Shown one piece after another: positions 8,127-16,955 of a stretch of DNA of 63,330 nucleotides. Both the position numbers and the translations under genes were made by a program. The stretch spans positions 1 to 63,330 of the IMG/VR virus record IMGVR_UViG_3300037851_000912; one strand, 5' to 3'. Numbering within the stretch: position 1 is the stretch's first letter; each line of letters begins with the position of its first letter. Under the pieces are notes generated by a model. That model did not search any database. It had not been told where the DNA came from and saw only the letters and a program-made list of their open reading frames with translations. The DNA is from a virus.

Positions 8127-8141
8127 GTGCCGTGTCAACAT
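8113..8141 (+). promoter_or_regulatory. Sigma-70-type promoter, family copy
   Basis: TTGACG (8113-18), 17-nt spacer ending in TGT, CAACAT (8136-41), then GAAGGTAGG. Overlaps the 3' end of 7842..8126. Confidence 0.6.
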
Positions 8142-8160
8142 GAAGGTAGGACCAAGCACA

Positions 8161-8170
8161 GGAGGCAGAG
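8161..8170 (+). promoter_or_regulatory. Start-associated motif GGAGGCAGAG(GTG)
   Basis: The motif runs straight into GTG 8171. Confidence 0.7.
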
Positions 8171-8758
8171 GTGTACCAGATTGAGTCGTTCGACAGCTTC
8201 GAGGAGCTGCAGAACAAGATCGACGCCGGCGTGAGGTCGGCGAACGAGCGAGTGAAGCCCGTGCAGGCTGCCATCGGCTACGGCGACCATTGGTTCCGGG
8301 TGTGGGGCGACGTTCTGATCTGCGGCCGGGTGTCGCCGAAGGAGGAGACGGACGCCGACAGCGACCGGCTCTGCGAGGACCCGGAGGAAGCGGCCGAGGA
8401 GAAGCGGATGCTCGAGGCGTCGTACGCCCGAGGCTTCCGCTTCGGCCGGGCGTACAGCGTCATCGAGCCCCGCGGCGAGCTGGGCGACACGCACGTCGCC
8501 GACATGGTGCCGATGACGGCGGAGCAGTTCGAGGAGTGCCGGCTGCTCGGCTGGGAGCTCGACCGGGTGATGTTCCTGCCGTGGTACGGGCCGGCGCTGA
8601 TCGCCGTCTGGCCGGCGGCCGAGAAGGTGCTTCGCGAGAAGGGCTGGCAGTCGCCGCAGGAGATCGTCGCGTGGCTCACGGCGAACGAGTTCCGGCTGTC
8701 GGCAGGCGGCCGAGAGATGCTGGAACGGCACCGGCGCTACGTGAACGAGGGGCGCTGA
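8171..8758 (+). CDS. Hypothetical protein (195 aa)
   Basis: GTG 8171 after the motif. High GC3. Stop overlaps the next ATG. Confidence 0.7.
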   Translation: MYQIESFDSFEELQNKIDAGVRSANERVKPVQAAIGYGDHWFRVWGDVLICGRVSPKEETDADSDRLCEDPEEAAEEKRMLEASYARGFRFGRAYSVIEPRGELGDTHVADMVPMTAEQFEECRLLGWELDRVMFLPWYGPALIAVWPAAEKVLREKGWQSPQEIVAWLTANEFRLSAGGREMLERHRRYVNEGR

Positions 8759-9108
8759 TGCCTGACCAGCTGGAGTTGTTCGGCAAGCACCCTCCGGCGG
8801 GCGCCTACGAGGCCGGCATCGCCGCGAGCGAAACGGCCGGCGCGTACCGCTGGACGTTCCTCGAGCGGATGCAGGTCGACGCGGCGATCGAGGAGGCCGC
8901 CAGCCGACACGAGTTCCTGACGGCCGACGACGTGTGGGTCGTCTTGGGCCCGGAGTTCCCGGTGACGAAGGGCCTGGCCGGGCGGCTGAACGCCGCGATG
9001 CACCGGGGCGTAATCGAGGCGACCGGCCGCGTTGTGTTCAGCCAGCGGACCGGCGAGCATGGACATGGCCAGCGCCTCGGCGTCTGGCGCAGCAGGATCT
9101 GGAGGTAG
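8758..9108 (+). CDS. Hypothetical protein
   Basis: ATG 8758 (TGATG overlap) in track ORF 8290..9108. Confidence 0.6.
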   Translation: MPDQLELFGKHPPAGAYEAGIAASETAGAYRWTFLERMQVDAAIEEAASRHEFLTADDVWVVLGPEFPVTKGLAGRLNAAMHRGVIEATGRVVFSQRTGEHGHGQRLGVWRSRIWR

Positions 9109-9115
9109 GTCTGAA

Positions 9116-9367
9116 GTGGTGCAGTCGACGTCGGAGTACAAGATCGACGAGGGCCTGCAGGACGTGCTCGGGCTCGCGCTCGAGCACCGCCTTGCGGCGC
9201 GCATCGCCCGCTGGCAGAAGCAGGTGGCCGATGGGGTGATCGACGCCGAGGCGCGTCAGGTGTTCATCGCGTTCGGGTGGATCACGCCGCGGGACGTCCG
9301 GGTGAACCGCCTGTACCCGAAGGGGAAGGCGAAGGTGAACGACGTCCCGCCGGCGACGAATGGCTGA
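9116..9367 (+). CDS. Hypothetical protein
   Basis: GTG 9116, 10 nt after GGAGG (9101-05). Frame of track ORF 9032..9367. Confidence 0.55.
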   Translation: MVQSTSEYKIDEGLQDVLGLALEHRLAARIARWQKQVADGVIDAEARQVFIAFGWITPRDVRVNRLYPKGKAKVNDVPPATNG

Positions 9368-9557
9368 GCAGCGCGAACCACGCGCCGAGGCGAAGCTGCA
9401 GCTCCGCTCCGGGGCAATGGTCGCGATCGACCTGCCGGCGTCGATGTCCGCCGACGACTTCTGCGAGCTGACCGCCTGGCTGATGGGCCCGGCGAGGAAG
9501 CAGCTCGAGGCGAGGCAGGTCGTCGTGCCCGAGAAGAAGCTGTATCTGCCCGAGTGA
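9360..9557 (+). CDS. Hypothetical protein
   Basis: ATG 9360 overlaps the upstream gene by 8 nt. High GC3. Confidence 0.55.
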   Translation: MAEQREPRAEAKLQLRSGAMVAIDLPASMSADDFCELTAWLMGPARKQLEARQVVVPEKKLYLPE

Positions 9558-9570
9558 AAGTGAGGGCTGG

Positions 9571-9586
9571 CATTCCGCACGGAATG
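9571..9586 (+). terminator. CATTCCGCACGGAATG hairpin element, copy 2
   Basis: Exact 16-mer, 14 nt after the stop of 9360..9557. Confidence 0.7.
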
Positions 9587-9636
9587 GTGTAGGCTGCCAC
9601 CAGGCCAAGGCCGTCGGGGAAGGGCCGCTGTGCCCT

Positions 9637-9673
9637 AGAAGGGCCGTCCGAGTCGAGATCGGACGGCCCTTCT
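9637..9673 (+). terminator. 14-bp stem-loop upstream of the portal gene
   Basis: AGAAGGGCCGTCCG, a 9-nt loop, then CGGACGGCCCTTCT. Followed by GGAGGAG and GTG 9692. Confidence 0.5.
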
Positions 9674-9691
9674 GCATGTCGGAGGAGTCTG

Positions 9692-12691
9692 GTGGACGAG
9701 CACGAGGTAGCGACATCGGTCGACGGCCGCGTCCTGCCGCCGCCTCCGACTGAGATTGCCCGCACGGGACCGGCGTTCCACGGCGGCAAGACCGTGCGGC
9801 GGCAGCGGGCGACGGCCGGGCGCCAGATCGACCCGCTGGACAAGCTGGGCGTCGGCTGGACCGTCTACGACCGCACGGCGAAGCGGGCGTGGGGACGCGA
9901 GGACGCGACGCTCGACGTCCTGAAGGCGATCCGCGACCTCGACCCGCAGGTGTCGCAGGCGGTGTGGAACTACCTGCGACTGCTGAACCCGGGCCACCGG
10001 CTCGTCGCGGTCGTCGGCGAGGGCACGGACGAGCGCGAGGAGGAGGGCCCCGCGCAGACGTACCTCGACCAGCTAGCCGCCCGCGTCGGCGCGGAATACG
10101 GCGGCGGGCTCGACCAGCTGCACAACGTCCTCGCGCTCTCGCTGATGACGACCGGCGCGGTCGCCGCGGAGGTGGCGCCGACCGGCGGCCTGAACGACGT
10201 CGAGGACTGGTACGCGGTCGACCCGTCGCAGTTGACGTTCCGTCGCGACGTCGACACGTCGGCGCTCGTCCTCGGGCAGCTGCACGCGGATGGGACGTTC
10301 CGCGAGCTGCCGGCCGACCAAGTGTTCTACCAGCCGCTCGACCCGGACGTGAACGACCCGTACGGGCGGCCGCCGTTCCTGCCGGCGATCCAGGCCGTGA
10401 TGAGCCGGTCGGTGATGCTGAGCGACATCCGGGCGGTCGCGCACAACGCCGGGTACCCGCGCATCGACGTCAAGGTCATGTGGGAGGTCGTCAAGGCCGC
10501 GGCACCGCCGCAGCTGCGCGAGCCCGGCCGCGAGGCCGACTTCTCGGCGTGGGCTGAGAAGCAGCTGGGCATGATCGTGTCCGACTACGAGTCGCTGCAG
10601 GTCGACGACACGTTCGTGCACTACGACTGGGTGCAGCCGGCGCTGATGGCGGCTTCGGGCCTGAGCTTCGACTTCGTCGCCCTCGACAACGTGCTGCAGC
10701 GCCAGCTGAACAGCGCCCTGAAGACGCTGCCGATCCTGCTCGGGCTGAACGAGGGTGTCAGCGAGACGCACGGCTCCGTGCAATGGCAGATCCAGGTGGC
10801 CGGGCTCTCGGCGCTGCAGCGTGTGCTGAAACGGCTGATCGAGAAGATGGGGACGACGAGCCTGACGCTGGCCGGCTTCGCCGCCCGGGCCCGGATGCAC
10901 TACGACGACACGCGCACCGTCGACCGGCTGTACGAGGCCCAGGCCGAGCTGTTCGAGGCGCAGAACCTGAAGCTCGACGTCGAGATGGGCTGGCGCGACA
11001 ACGACGAGGCGTCCGTGCTGCGGACCGGCCACGACGCCGTCGCCGAGCCAGGCGAGCAGTCGGCCGCGCAGCTGGCCGCCGACAAGGCCGCCGAGCAGGC
11101 CGCGCAGGTCGGGCCGGCAGTCGGCACGGAAGGCCAGCAGCCGACGGCCGAGGAGAAGCAGCAGTCGGTCGATCCAGCGTGGCAGCTGCTCTGGCAGGAG
11201 CTCCGCAGCGTTAGCGCCCGGGCGGCCGTCCCGATCGGCGAGAAGCTGGACGGCGAGATGCTGGACCGGCTGTCGCAGGGCTACGCCGACGAGGCGCGGC
11301 GGCTGTTCCAGCAGCAGCTCCAGCGGCTGACGGCCACGCTGCTCGGGGAAGGCTGGGACCTGCGGTCGCCGGAAAACCGGGCCTCGCCGCGGGACATCGC
11401 GGACGACGCGTTCGGGCTCGCGTACCGGCGCGAGATGAAGAAGCTCCTGCGGCAGTCGATCAAGGACGGCTACGCGCTCGCCGGGATGCCCGACGCGAAG
11501 GTGCCCGAGAAGCTGGTGCGTCGGATCTGGCGCGACAACGAGCCGTTCCTCGACAAGATCCGCAACGACCTCGCCCGTCAGATCCGCTTCTGGAGCGACG
11601 AGTTCCGGGCCGGCAGGCCGGTGAGGATGGACGACGTCGCCGGGTGGTTCGCGCAGAACGAGTACCGCGAGGCGATGATGGGCCAGTTCCTGACGAAGCA
11701 GGGGCTGGCGACCGGCTACACGAACGCCCGGGTCGAGCAGACCGGCAAGACGGTGTTCCGGTGGGACCTGGGCCCGGTCAAGACCGAGCATTGTGACGAG
11801 TGCAGCGCACGGGCCGGCCGGACGTTCACGTCCGAGCAGCTGTCCCGCATGGGGATGCCGGGGAGCATCAACCTGCCGTGCGTCTCGAACTGCAAGTGCA
11901 GCCTGACCGCGATCCGCTGCACGAAGCGGCAGATGGGCGGGCCGGCCGAGGCACGGGGCGTCAACGGGCCGCCGGAGTGGGAGAACAAGTTCGACTGGTC
12001 TGGCATCGAGGCCCTGAAGGACCGGCCGATGTACGACTGGACGGACGCTGAAAAGGACACGTGGAAGCGGCTGAACAAGCTCGGCGAGTACGAGGAGGAC
12101 AGCGAGCCCTTCGAGGCGTGCACCGTCCTGGCGGTCGAGCAGAAGATCGAGGCGCCGCCGCCGGCCGTCAGGAAGTCGGGGCTTGTCAAGCAGCAGCGCG
12201 ACCTGACGCCAGACGAGCTCGACGCGCTGGTCTCGTACCAGTACGAGTACGGGATCAACGACAGGCTGCGGTCTGGGCGCGGTGATGTCCACCCGGCGGA
12301 CGAGCCACAGGTCCGGCTGCTCGACGGGGCTACGCGCTCGGGTCGCACGACCGAGGCGCACACGTTCACGCGCTATGTCGATGTCAACGCGTTCGAGCAG
12401 CTGGGCTTCGAGCCGCGGGATTGGGTCGGGCAGGAATACTGGGACGAGGCGTACCTGTCGACGTCGCATCACCGCATCACGTCGCCGTTCAGCAACCGCG
12501 GGGTCCGGATGGAGATCAGGGCCAAGAAGGGGACCTACGGCGTGATGGTCGACGAGCAGCCGAACCGGGCCCAGTTCGGCTCGGAGTCGGAGTTCCTGAT
12601 GCCGCGCAACACGGTGATGCGGATCACGAGCGTGACGTACGACGACGAGGTCCGGCAATGGGTGGTGAAGGCGACGGTGACGGGGCAATGA
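9692..12691 (+). CDS. Portal - MuF/SPP1 gp7-like - ADP-ribosyltransferase fusion protein (999 aa)
   Basis: One uninterrupted ORF. The N-terminal ~470 aa look portal-like. The middle part ends in the MuF-type CDECSARAG...VSNCKCSL. The C-terminus shows the ART triad YGINDRLRSG / FTRYV (R) / YLSTS / ESEFLMPRN (ExE). Confidence 0.75.
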   Translation: MDEHEVATSVDGRVLPPPPTEIARTGPAFHGGKTVRRQRATAGRQIDPLDKLGVGWTVYDRTAKRAWGREDATLDVLKAIRDLDPQVSQAVWNYLRLLNPGHRLVAVVGEGTDEREEEGPAQTYLDQLAARVGAEYGGGLDQLHNVLALSLMTTGAVAAEVAPTGGLNDVEDWYAVDPSQLTFRRDVDTSALVLGQLHADGTFRELPADQVFYQPLDPDVNDPYGRPPFLPAIQAVMSRSVMLSDIRAVAHNAGYPRIDVKVMWEVVKAAAPPQLREPGREADFSAWAEKQLGMIVSDYESLQVDDTFVHYDWVQPALMAASGLSFDFVALDNVLQRQLNSALKTLPILLGLNEGVSETHGSVQWQIQVAGLSALQRVLKRLIEKMGTTSLTLAGFAARARMHYDDTRTVDRLYEAQAELFEAQNLKLDVEMGWRDNDEASVLRTGHDAVAEPGEQSAAQLAADKAAEQAAQVGPAVGTEGQQPTAEEKQQSVDPAWQLLWQELRSVSARAAVPIGEKLDGEMLDRLSQGYADEARRLFQQQLQRLTATLLGEGWDLRSPENRASPRDIADDAFGLAYRREMKKLLRQSIKDGYALAGMPDAKVPEKLVRRIWRDNEPFLDKIRNDLARQIRFWSDEFRAGRPVRMDDVAGWFAQNEYREAMMGQFLTKQGLATGYTNARVEQTGKTVFRWDLGPVKTEHCDECSARAGRTFTSEQLSRMGMPGSINLPCVSNCKCSLTAIRCTKRQMGGPAEARGVNGPPEWENKFDWSGIEALKDRPMYDWTDAEKDTWKRLNKLGEYEEDSEPFEACTVLAVEQKIEAPPPAVRKSGLVKQQRDLTPDELDALVSYQYEYGINDRLRSGRGDVHPADEPQVRLLDGATRSGRTTEAHTFTRYVDVNAFEQLGFEPRDWVGQEYWDEAYLSTSHHRITSPFSNRGVRMEIRAKKGTYGVMVDEQPNRAQFGSESEFLMPRNTVMRITSVTYDDEVRQWVVKATVTGQ

Positions 12692-12909
12692 CCGACAAGC
12701 CGCTCTCGACCGGCGGGGAGCCGAAGTTCACGGCCGGCGATCGTGCCTGGGTCGCGCCGGCCAAGATCGAGCCGTTCCTCGACTGGCTGGACGACCAGGA
12801 GTACGCGCAGGACACGAACGACGCGATGGTGGAGTTCATGAAGCTCCAGCTCGCGAAGCTGATGCCCGAGACCCTGAAGGACGACCTGCGGCGGGAGGGG
12901 TACCTGTGA
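12688..12909 (+). CDS. Hypothetical protein
   Basis: ATG 12688 with ATGA overlap, in track ORF 12421..12909. Confidence 0.6.
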   Translation: MTDKPLSTGGEPKFTAGDRAWVAPAKIEPFLDWLDDQEYAQDTNDAMVEFMKLQLAKLMPETLKDDLRREGYL

Positions 12910-13097
12910 CGAGGCACCGGCACGACCGGATTGCGAAGTCGACGAAGCACCGGCTCGAGGAGGAGCTGGCTCCGGCTCCGCTGCTCGAGGACGACGAGGA
13001 TCCCCGGCCACCGAAGGCGCGGCTCGGTGTGCCAGGCAAGCACCGCCAGCCGCTCCACGGGCACGCGACGGATACGGGAGAGGTGATGAAGCGATGA
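12906..13097 (+). CDS. Hypothetical basic protein
   Basis: GTG 12906 with GTGA overlap. Stop overlaps the next ATG. High GC3. Confidence 0.5.
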   Translation: MTRHRHDRIAKSTKHRLEEELAPAPLLEDDEDPRPPKARLGVPGKHRQPLHGHATDTGEVMKR

Positions 13098-14731
13098 CGA
13101 ACGTGCTCTGGAGGGAGCCGACGTACACGACCGCGGTCGAGCTAGTCGAGCAGGCGACGTGGGTCAACGAGCCCGTCGAGGACAACCTGCTCGTCCGCGC
13201 CCACGCGCTGATGCTTGACCGGAAGCCGAAGGTCGACGACGAGCTGATTGAGAAGATCCGGGCACACGCCGGCGTCCCGGTCGAGGCGAAGGACGTCTAC
13301 CCGTTCCGGATGGTCGCCGCGAGCGACGGCGTCGACAGCTACTGGACGCAGCACGACCTCGACGCGAGCCTGAAGCCGATGGCCGAGGACCTGCAGCGCG
13401 GCCAGTCGCTGCTTGGGAACCACGTCTACGAGACGTTCGCCTACGGGTCGTCGGTCGACGGCCGCGTCGTCCGGGCAGACGAGGAGTCGCCCATCTACGA
13501 GGCGTCGTTCGCCCGGGAGGTGCCCGAGAACCTGCGGACGAAGCATTGGCTCGTGGGCGACTACTACGTCGTCCGCGGCCTGAAGCTGAACGGCGAGGAG
13601 ACCGACAGCATCATCCGGGCGATGGAGCTCGGAGCGGTCAGGAAGGCGTCGATCTCGTTCATGGTGGACGAGTACCGCTGCGGGATCGACGGCAAGGACA
13701 TGCTGCTGGCCCGGATGATGTCGGGCGCAGGCAAGCGGCACGAGGTCGAGGAGACCGAGTGCATGCACATCCCGGGCGTCGACTACGGCGACGACGGTCT
13801 GGCCTGGGCGATCATGCACGGCGCACAGCTGATCGAGACGAGCCTCGTGTACAAGAACAGCTCGCCCTCGTCGCTGTTGCTTCGGAAGGCGGAGGAGCTG
13901 GCGCGAGCCGGGCTTCTGTCGATAGCGCAGGTGGCGCAAGCAGAGAGCCGGTTCGGCGTGCGGCTGCCCTCGTTCGAGAGGAAGGTCTGGACGCCGGGGA
14001 AGGAGGACAACGTGCCGAAGCGGGACACGGACGAGACGGTGGAGGTAGGGATCGAGACCGCCCCGCCCGAGCCCGGTGAGGCGGCCCCGGCCGCCGAGGC
14101 CGAGCCGGTCGTGTCGGACGACGCCGAGCTGGAGCAGGAGGAGGAGGAGACGGCCGAGGAGCAGGAGCCGACCGCTGACGCGGTCATCGCCGAGTTCGTC
14201 GCCGCCGGGACCGCCATCCGGTCGGCGATCACGGCCGAGCTGCTGAGCAGCGACCAGCTGGCCGCGGCCGCTCGCGTGGAGCAGGAGCTCGACGCGGCGC
14301 TCGCAGGCGCCGGCGCCACCACGGCGTCCGCGCTCGCCAGCCGGGCGACCGACGCAGCCTGGCAGACAAGGACCCGCGAGGCCGACGAGGCGCTGGGTCG
14401 CCCCGTCACCGCCGAAGCGATCCGCAGCCTGAAGGCAGAGGCCGACCTCGGTCGGCAGCTGTTCGACGCGCTGGTGAACGACACCGTCGCAGCCCGCAAC
14501 GGGCTCGGGGCGGAGTACAGCGTCGAGTCGTACCGGGAGCTGCTTCGCAACAGCCGCTCGGTCGAGTTCGTGAAGGCCGAGAGGGCTTCGTACGAGGCCC
14601 TGAAGACCGAGCGGTTCAAGGCCGGGCGACAGGTCGTCCCGCCCGAGGTCCGACCGGAGAAGGCGAAGCGGACGGCTCCGGCCGCGCCAGCCGACGACGA
14701 CAACATCCTCGCGAGGAAGAAGGAGGTTTGA
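13094..14731 (+). CDS. Prohead protease fused to a scaffold-like Ala/Glu-rich C-terminus
   Basis: Lies between the portal and capsid genes. QLIETSLVYKNSSP is an HK97-protease-like block. The C-terminal half is Ala/Glu-rich and predicted helical. Confidence 0.6.
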   Translation: MTNVLWREPTYTTAVELVEQATWVNEPVEDNLLVRAHALMLDRKPKVDDELIEKIRAHAGVPVEAKDVYPFRMVAASDGVDSYWTQHDLDASLKPMAEDLQRGQSLLGNHVYETFAYGSSVDGRVVRADEESPIYEASFAREVPENLRTKHWLVGDYYVVRGLKLNGEETDSIIRAMELGAVRKASISFMVDEYRCGIDGKDMLLARMMSGAGKRHEVEETECMHIPGVDYGDDGLAWAIMHGAQLIETSLVYKNSSPSSLLLRKAEELARAGLLSIAQVAQAESRFGVRLPSFERKVWTPGKEDNVPKRDTDETVEVGIETAPPEPGEAAPAAEAEPVVSDDAELEQEEEETAEEQEPTADAVIAEFVAAGTAIRSAITAELLSSDQLAAAARVEQELDAALAGAGATTASALASRATDAAWQTRTREADEALGRPVTAEAIRSLKAEADLGRQLFDALVNDTVAARNGLGAEYSVESYRELLRNSRSVEFVKAERASYEALKTERFKAGRQVVPPEVRPEKAKRTAPAAPADDDNILARKKEV

Positions 14732-14737
14732 CAGACG

Positions 14738-15163
14738 ATGGCTCGCTACGGTGGTGAGACCCCGTTCAGCTCGGGTGGGCTGACGATCACGTGCGAGGCC
14801 CCGACGGGCACGACGAGCACCGCGCCGGTGCTCGAGGGGAACATCTACAAGCTGAGCGGCACGAACTCGGCCGACAGCTCGGGCTACAAGCTGGCCGCGC
14901 TCGGCGCGTCCGACGGCCCGGAGACCTGCGTCATGGTCCAGGCGCTGCACCGGATCGAGTACGTCGGTCCGGTCGGCGTCCGCGTGATCGGGCGCTACAG
15001 CCAGGTCCGCCGCATCAAGTACGAGGGCAGCCCGTCCCTCGGCCAGAGCATCAGCGCCGGGACCAGCGACCAGAACAAGGTCGAGGGCATCACCTGGGCC
15101 GACGGCAAGGGCTTCATCGTCAAGATCGACGCCACCGCGACCGAGGTCGAGGTCATCATCTAG
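14738..15163 (+). CDS. Putative head decoration protein
   Basis: 141 aa, directly upstream of the major capsid gene. RBS AGGAGG. The call rests on position. Confidence 0.4.
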   Translation: MARYGGETPFSSGGLTITCEAPTGTTSTAPVLEGNIYKLSGTNSADSSGYKLAALGASDGPETCVMVQALHRIEYVGPVGVRVIGRYSQVRRIKYEGSPSLGQSISAGTSDQNKVEGITWADGKGFIVKIDATATEVEVII

Positions 15164-15190
15164 CCGCGAGGCAGAGAGGAGACAGAGAAC

Positions 15191-16261
15191 ATGCTCACGG
15201 CTACGCGAGGGACCATCGCGGTCCCGCGTCGCGACCCGGAACTGGCCGCACGCCTCGGCGAGTCGGTCGACTTCCCGGTCGGTGACGACCTGATGCACGC
15301 GATCGCCGGGCGGCGCGAGCGCCAGTCCGAGTCGGCGGCCATCCGCTCGCTCGCGAAGGAGATGGGGACCACCGTCGGCGACGTGATCGACGCGTTCCTC
15401 GACGGCGAGGAGATCGGGACCCAGACCGTCCGCCGGTTCCTGACGAACACCGGCCTGAAGCCGCTGTTCAGCCCCATCGTCGAAGACGGGCTTCGCCTCG
15501 GCCTGAACCGGGTCGCCGGGCTCTGGCAGAGTCTGATCGCCCGGACCGTCCGCATCGACCAGATGTCGTACGAGTACTACGAGTTCGACAACGCGACGAC
15601 GGGCGCCCAGAACGAGTTCAAGCTGAACACGATCGGGCAGGGTGCCCCGATCCCGGTCGCCCGGGTGTCCGTCTCGGGCAAGAGCTACACGCTCTACAAG
15701 ACGGGCCGCGGCATCGAGTGGACCGACGAGGCGAAGGCCGCGCCGATCGACCTCGCCGCGATGTGGTTCCAGCAGGTCGGGCTCCAGCTGGGCCTCGACT
15801 ACCATGCCGACGTCGTCGACAAGCTGCTGAACGGGTACTTCGCGGACAACAGCGACGACCCGAACGTGCTCGCCACGGCCACGGCGAACGTGTTCACGGA
15901 CGCCGACCTGTACACGGCGGCCGGGACGCTCCAGAACACGTACGGCTACACGGCCGACGTCATGCTGATGAGCCTCGCGACGAGCGTCACGATCCAGACC
16001 CTCGAGAACGGCACCGGCCAGCGCCTGTTCCCGAACGGCGTCACCGCGGCGGGCCTGCCGAGGATCCAGGTGTCGGCGTCGATGCCGGCCGACAAGATCC
16101 TGTTCGTCGACAGCGGGTTCAGCCTGGTCCGGTTCGTGTACAAGGACTTCGGGACGGAGTTCGACCGCAGCCCGCAGACGCAGGTCGAGGGCAGCTACGG
16201 CACGCAGATCGACCTCGTCGTCCCGCTGTTCAAGGACGCCCGCCTGGTGCTGGACGCCTAG
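15191..16261 (+). CDS. Major capsid protein (HK97-fold type)
   Basis: 356 aa. Position follows protease/scaffold and decoration genes. The composition looks like a structural protein. Confidence 0.7.
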   Translation: MLTATRGTIAVPRRDPELAARLGESVDFPVGDDLMHAIAGRRERQSESAAIRSLAKEMGTTVGDVIDAFLDGEEIGTQTVRRFLTNTGLKPLFSPIVEDGLRLGLNRVAGLWQSLIARTVRIDQMSYEYYEFDNATTGAQNEFKLNTIGQGAPIPVARVSVSGKSYTLYKTGRGIEWTDEAKAAPIDLAAMWFQQVGLQLGLDYHADVVDKLLNGYFADNSDDPNVLATATANVFTDADLYTAAGTLQNTYGYTADVMLMSLATSVTIQTLENGTGQRLFPNGVTAAGLPRIQVSASMPADKILFVDSGFSLVRFVYKDFGTEFDRSPQTQVEGSYGTQIDLVVPLFKDARLVLDA

Positions 16262-16299
16262 GCGAGCTGAGACGGTAGTAGTCCGAGAGGGCCGCGCTC

Positions 16300-16328
16300 G
16301 GGCGGCATTCCGCAAGGAATAGCCGCCC
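16300..16328 (+). terminator. Hairpin element copy 3 (GCAA loop variant, extended stem)
   Basis: GGGCGGCATTCC-GCAA-GGAATaGCCGCCC: a 12-bp stem with one bulge, after the capsid gene stop. Confidence 0.7.
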
Positions 16329-16357
16329 GACCGTCGCCGTCGAGAGGAGAACAGGTC

Positions 16358-16945
16358 ATGGGATACCCGCGGCACATCAAGCCGAACTACGGGCTCGACG
16401 TCGCGAACTGCTTCGTCGCGTCGCTGGGCGCCCCGGCGCTGGCGAGCGCGAACCGGTACGTGACCTCGACGAACATGAAGGTCGGGGCGTATACGGTCGC
16501 CAACGCGGCCTCGGCCGACGGTCTGGCGCGCAACCTCGTGGCGACCATCACGGCCGTCACGGGCAACGACACGCCGGGCGTGCTCGTCATCACGGGCACC
16601 GGCGCCGACGACCGGGCGCTGACCGAGACGCTGACGCTCGTCGCCGGCGGCACGGCCACGGGGCTGAAGTGCTTCAAGACCGTGACCTCGATCGTCGGGT
16701 CGGGGTGGGTCATCAACACCGGCAACGACACGATCGTCGTCGGGACCGGGAACAAGATCCAGCTGCCGAAGGCGGTGCATCAGAGCCCGGCGGCCGTGAC
16801 GGCCGGCGTGTTCATGGTCGTCCTCGGGACCTCGGTCGTGGCGGTCTCGGCTCAGATCGACGACGACATCAGCAAGAGCTGGGTCGACGCAAGCGCCGGC
16901 ACGTACGACGGCTCCAAGAAGCTGTACGCGTTCGTGCTGCGGTAG
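16358..16945 (+). CDS. Structural-module protein, paralog A of 27322..27900
   Basis: Shares TS(T/A)NMKVGAYTVAN and FKTVT.(I/V)VG.GWVIN.GNDT.VVGT with the gene that follows the tail tube. Confidence 0.7.
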   Translation: MGYPRHIKPNYGLDVANCFVASLGAPALASANRYVTSTNMKVGAYTVANAASADGLARNLVATITAVTGNDTPGVLVITGTGADDRALTETLTLVAGGTATGLKCFKTVTSIVGSGWVINTGNDTIVVGTGNKIQLPKAVHQSPAAVTAGVFMVVLGTSVVAVSAQIDDDISKSWVDASAGTYDGSKKLYAFVLR

Positions 16946-16955
16946 AGGAGACACG

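Noticed and set aside
15164-15190. GAGGCAGAGAGGAG upstream of the capsid gene as an eleventh start-associated motif
   Set aside because: It is only a partial match and sits about 10 nt further from the ATG than all bona fide copies. It is more simply read as a purine-rich RBS region.
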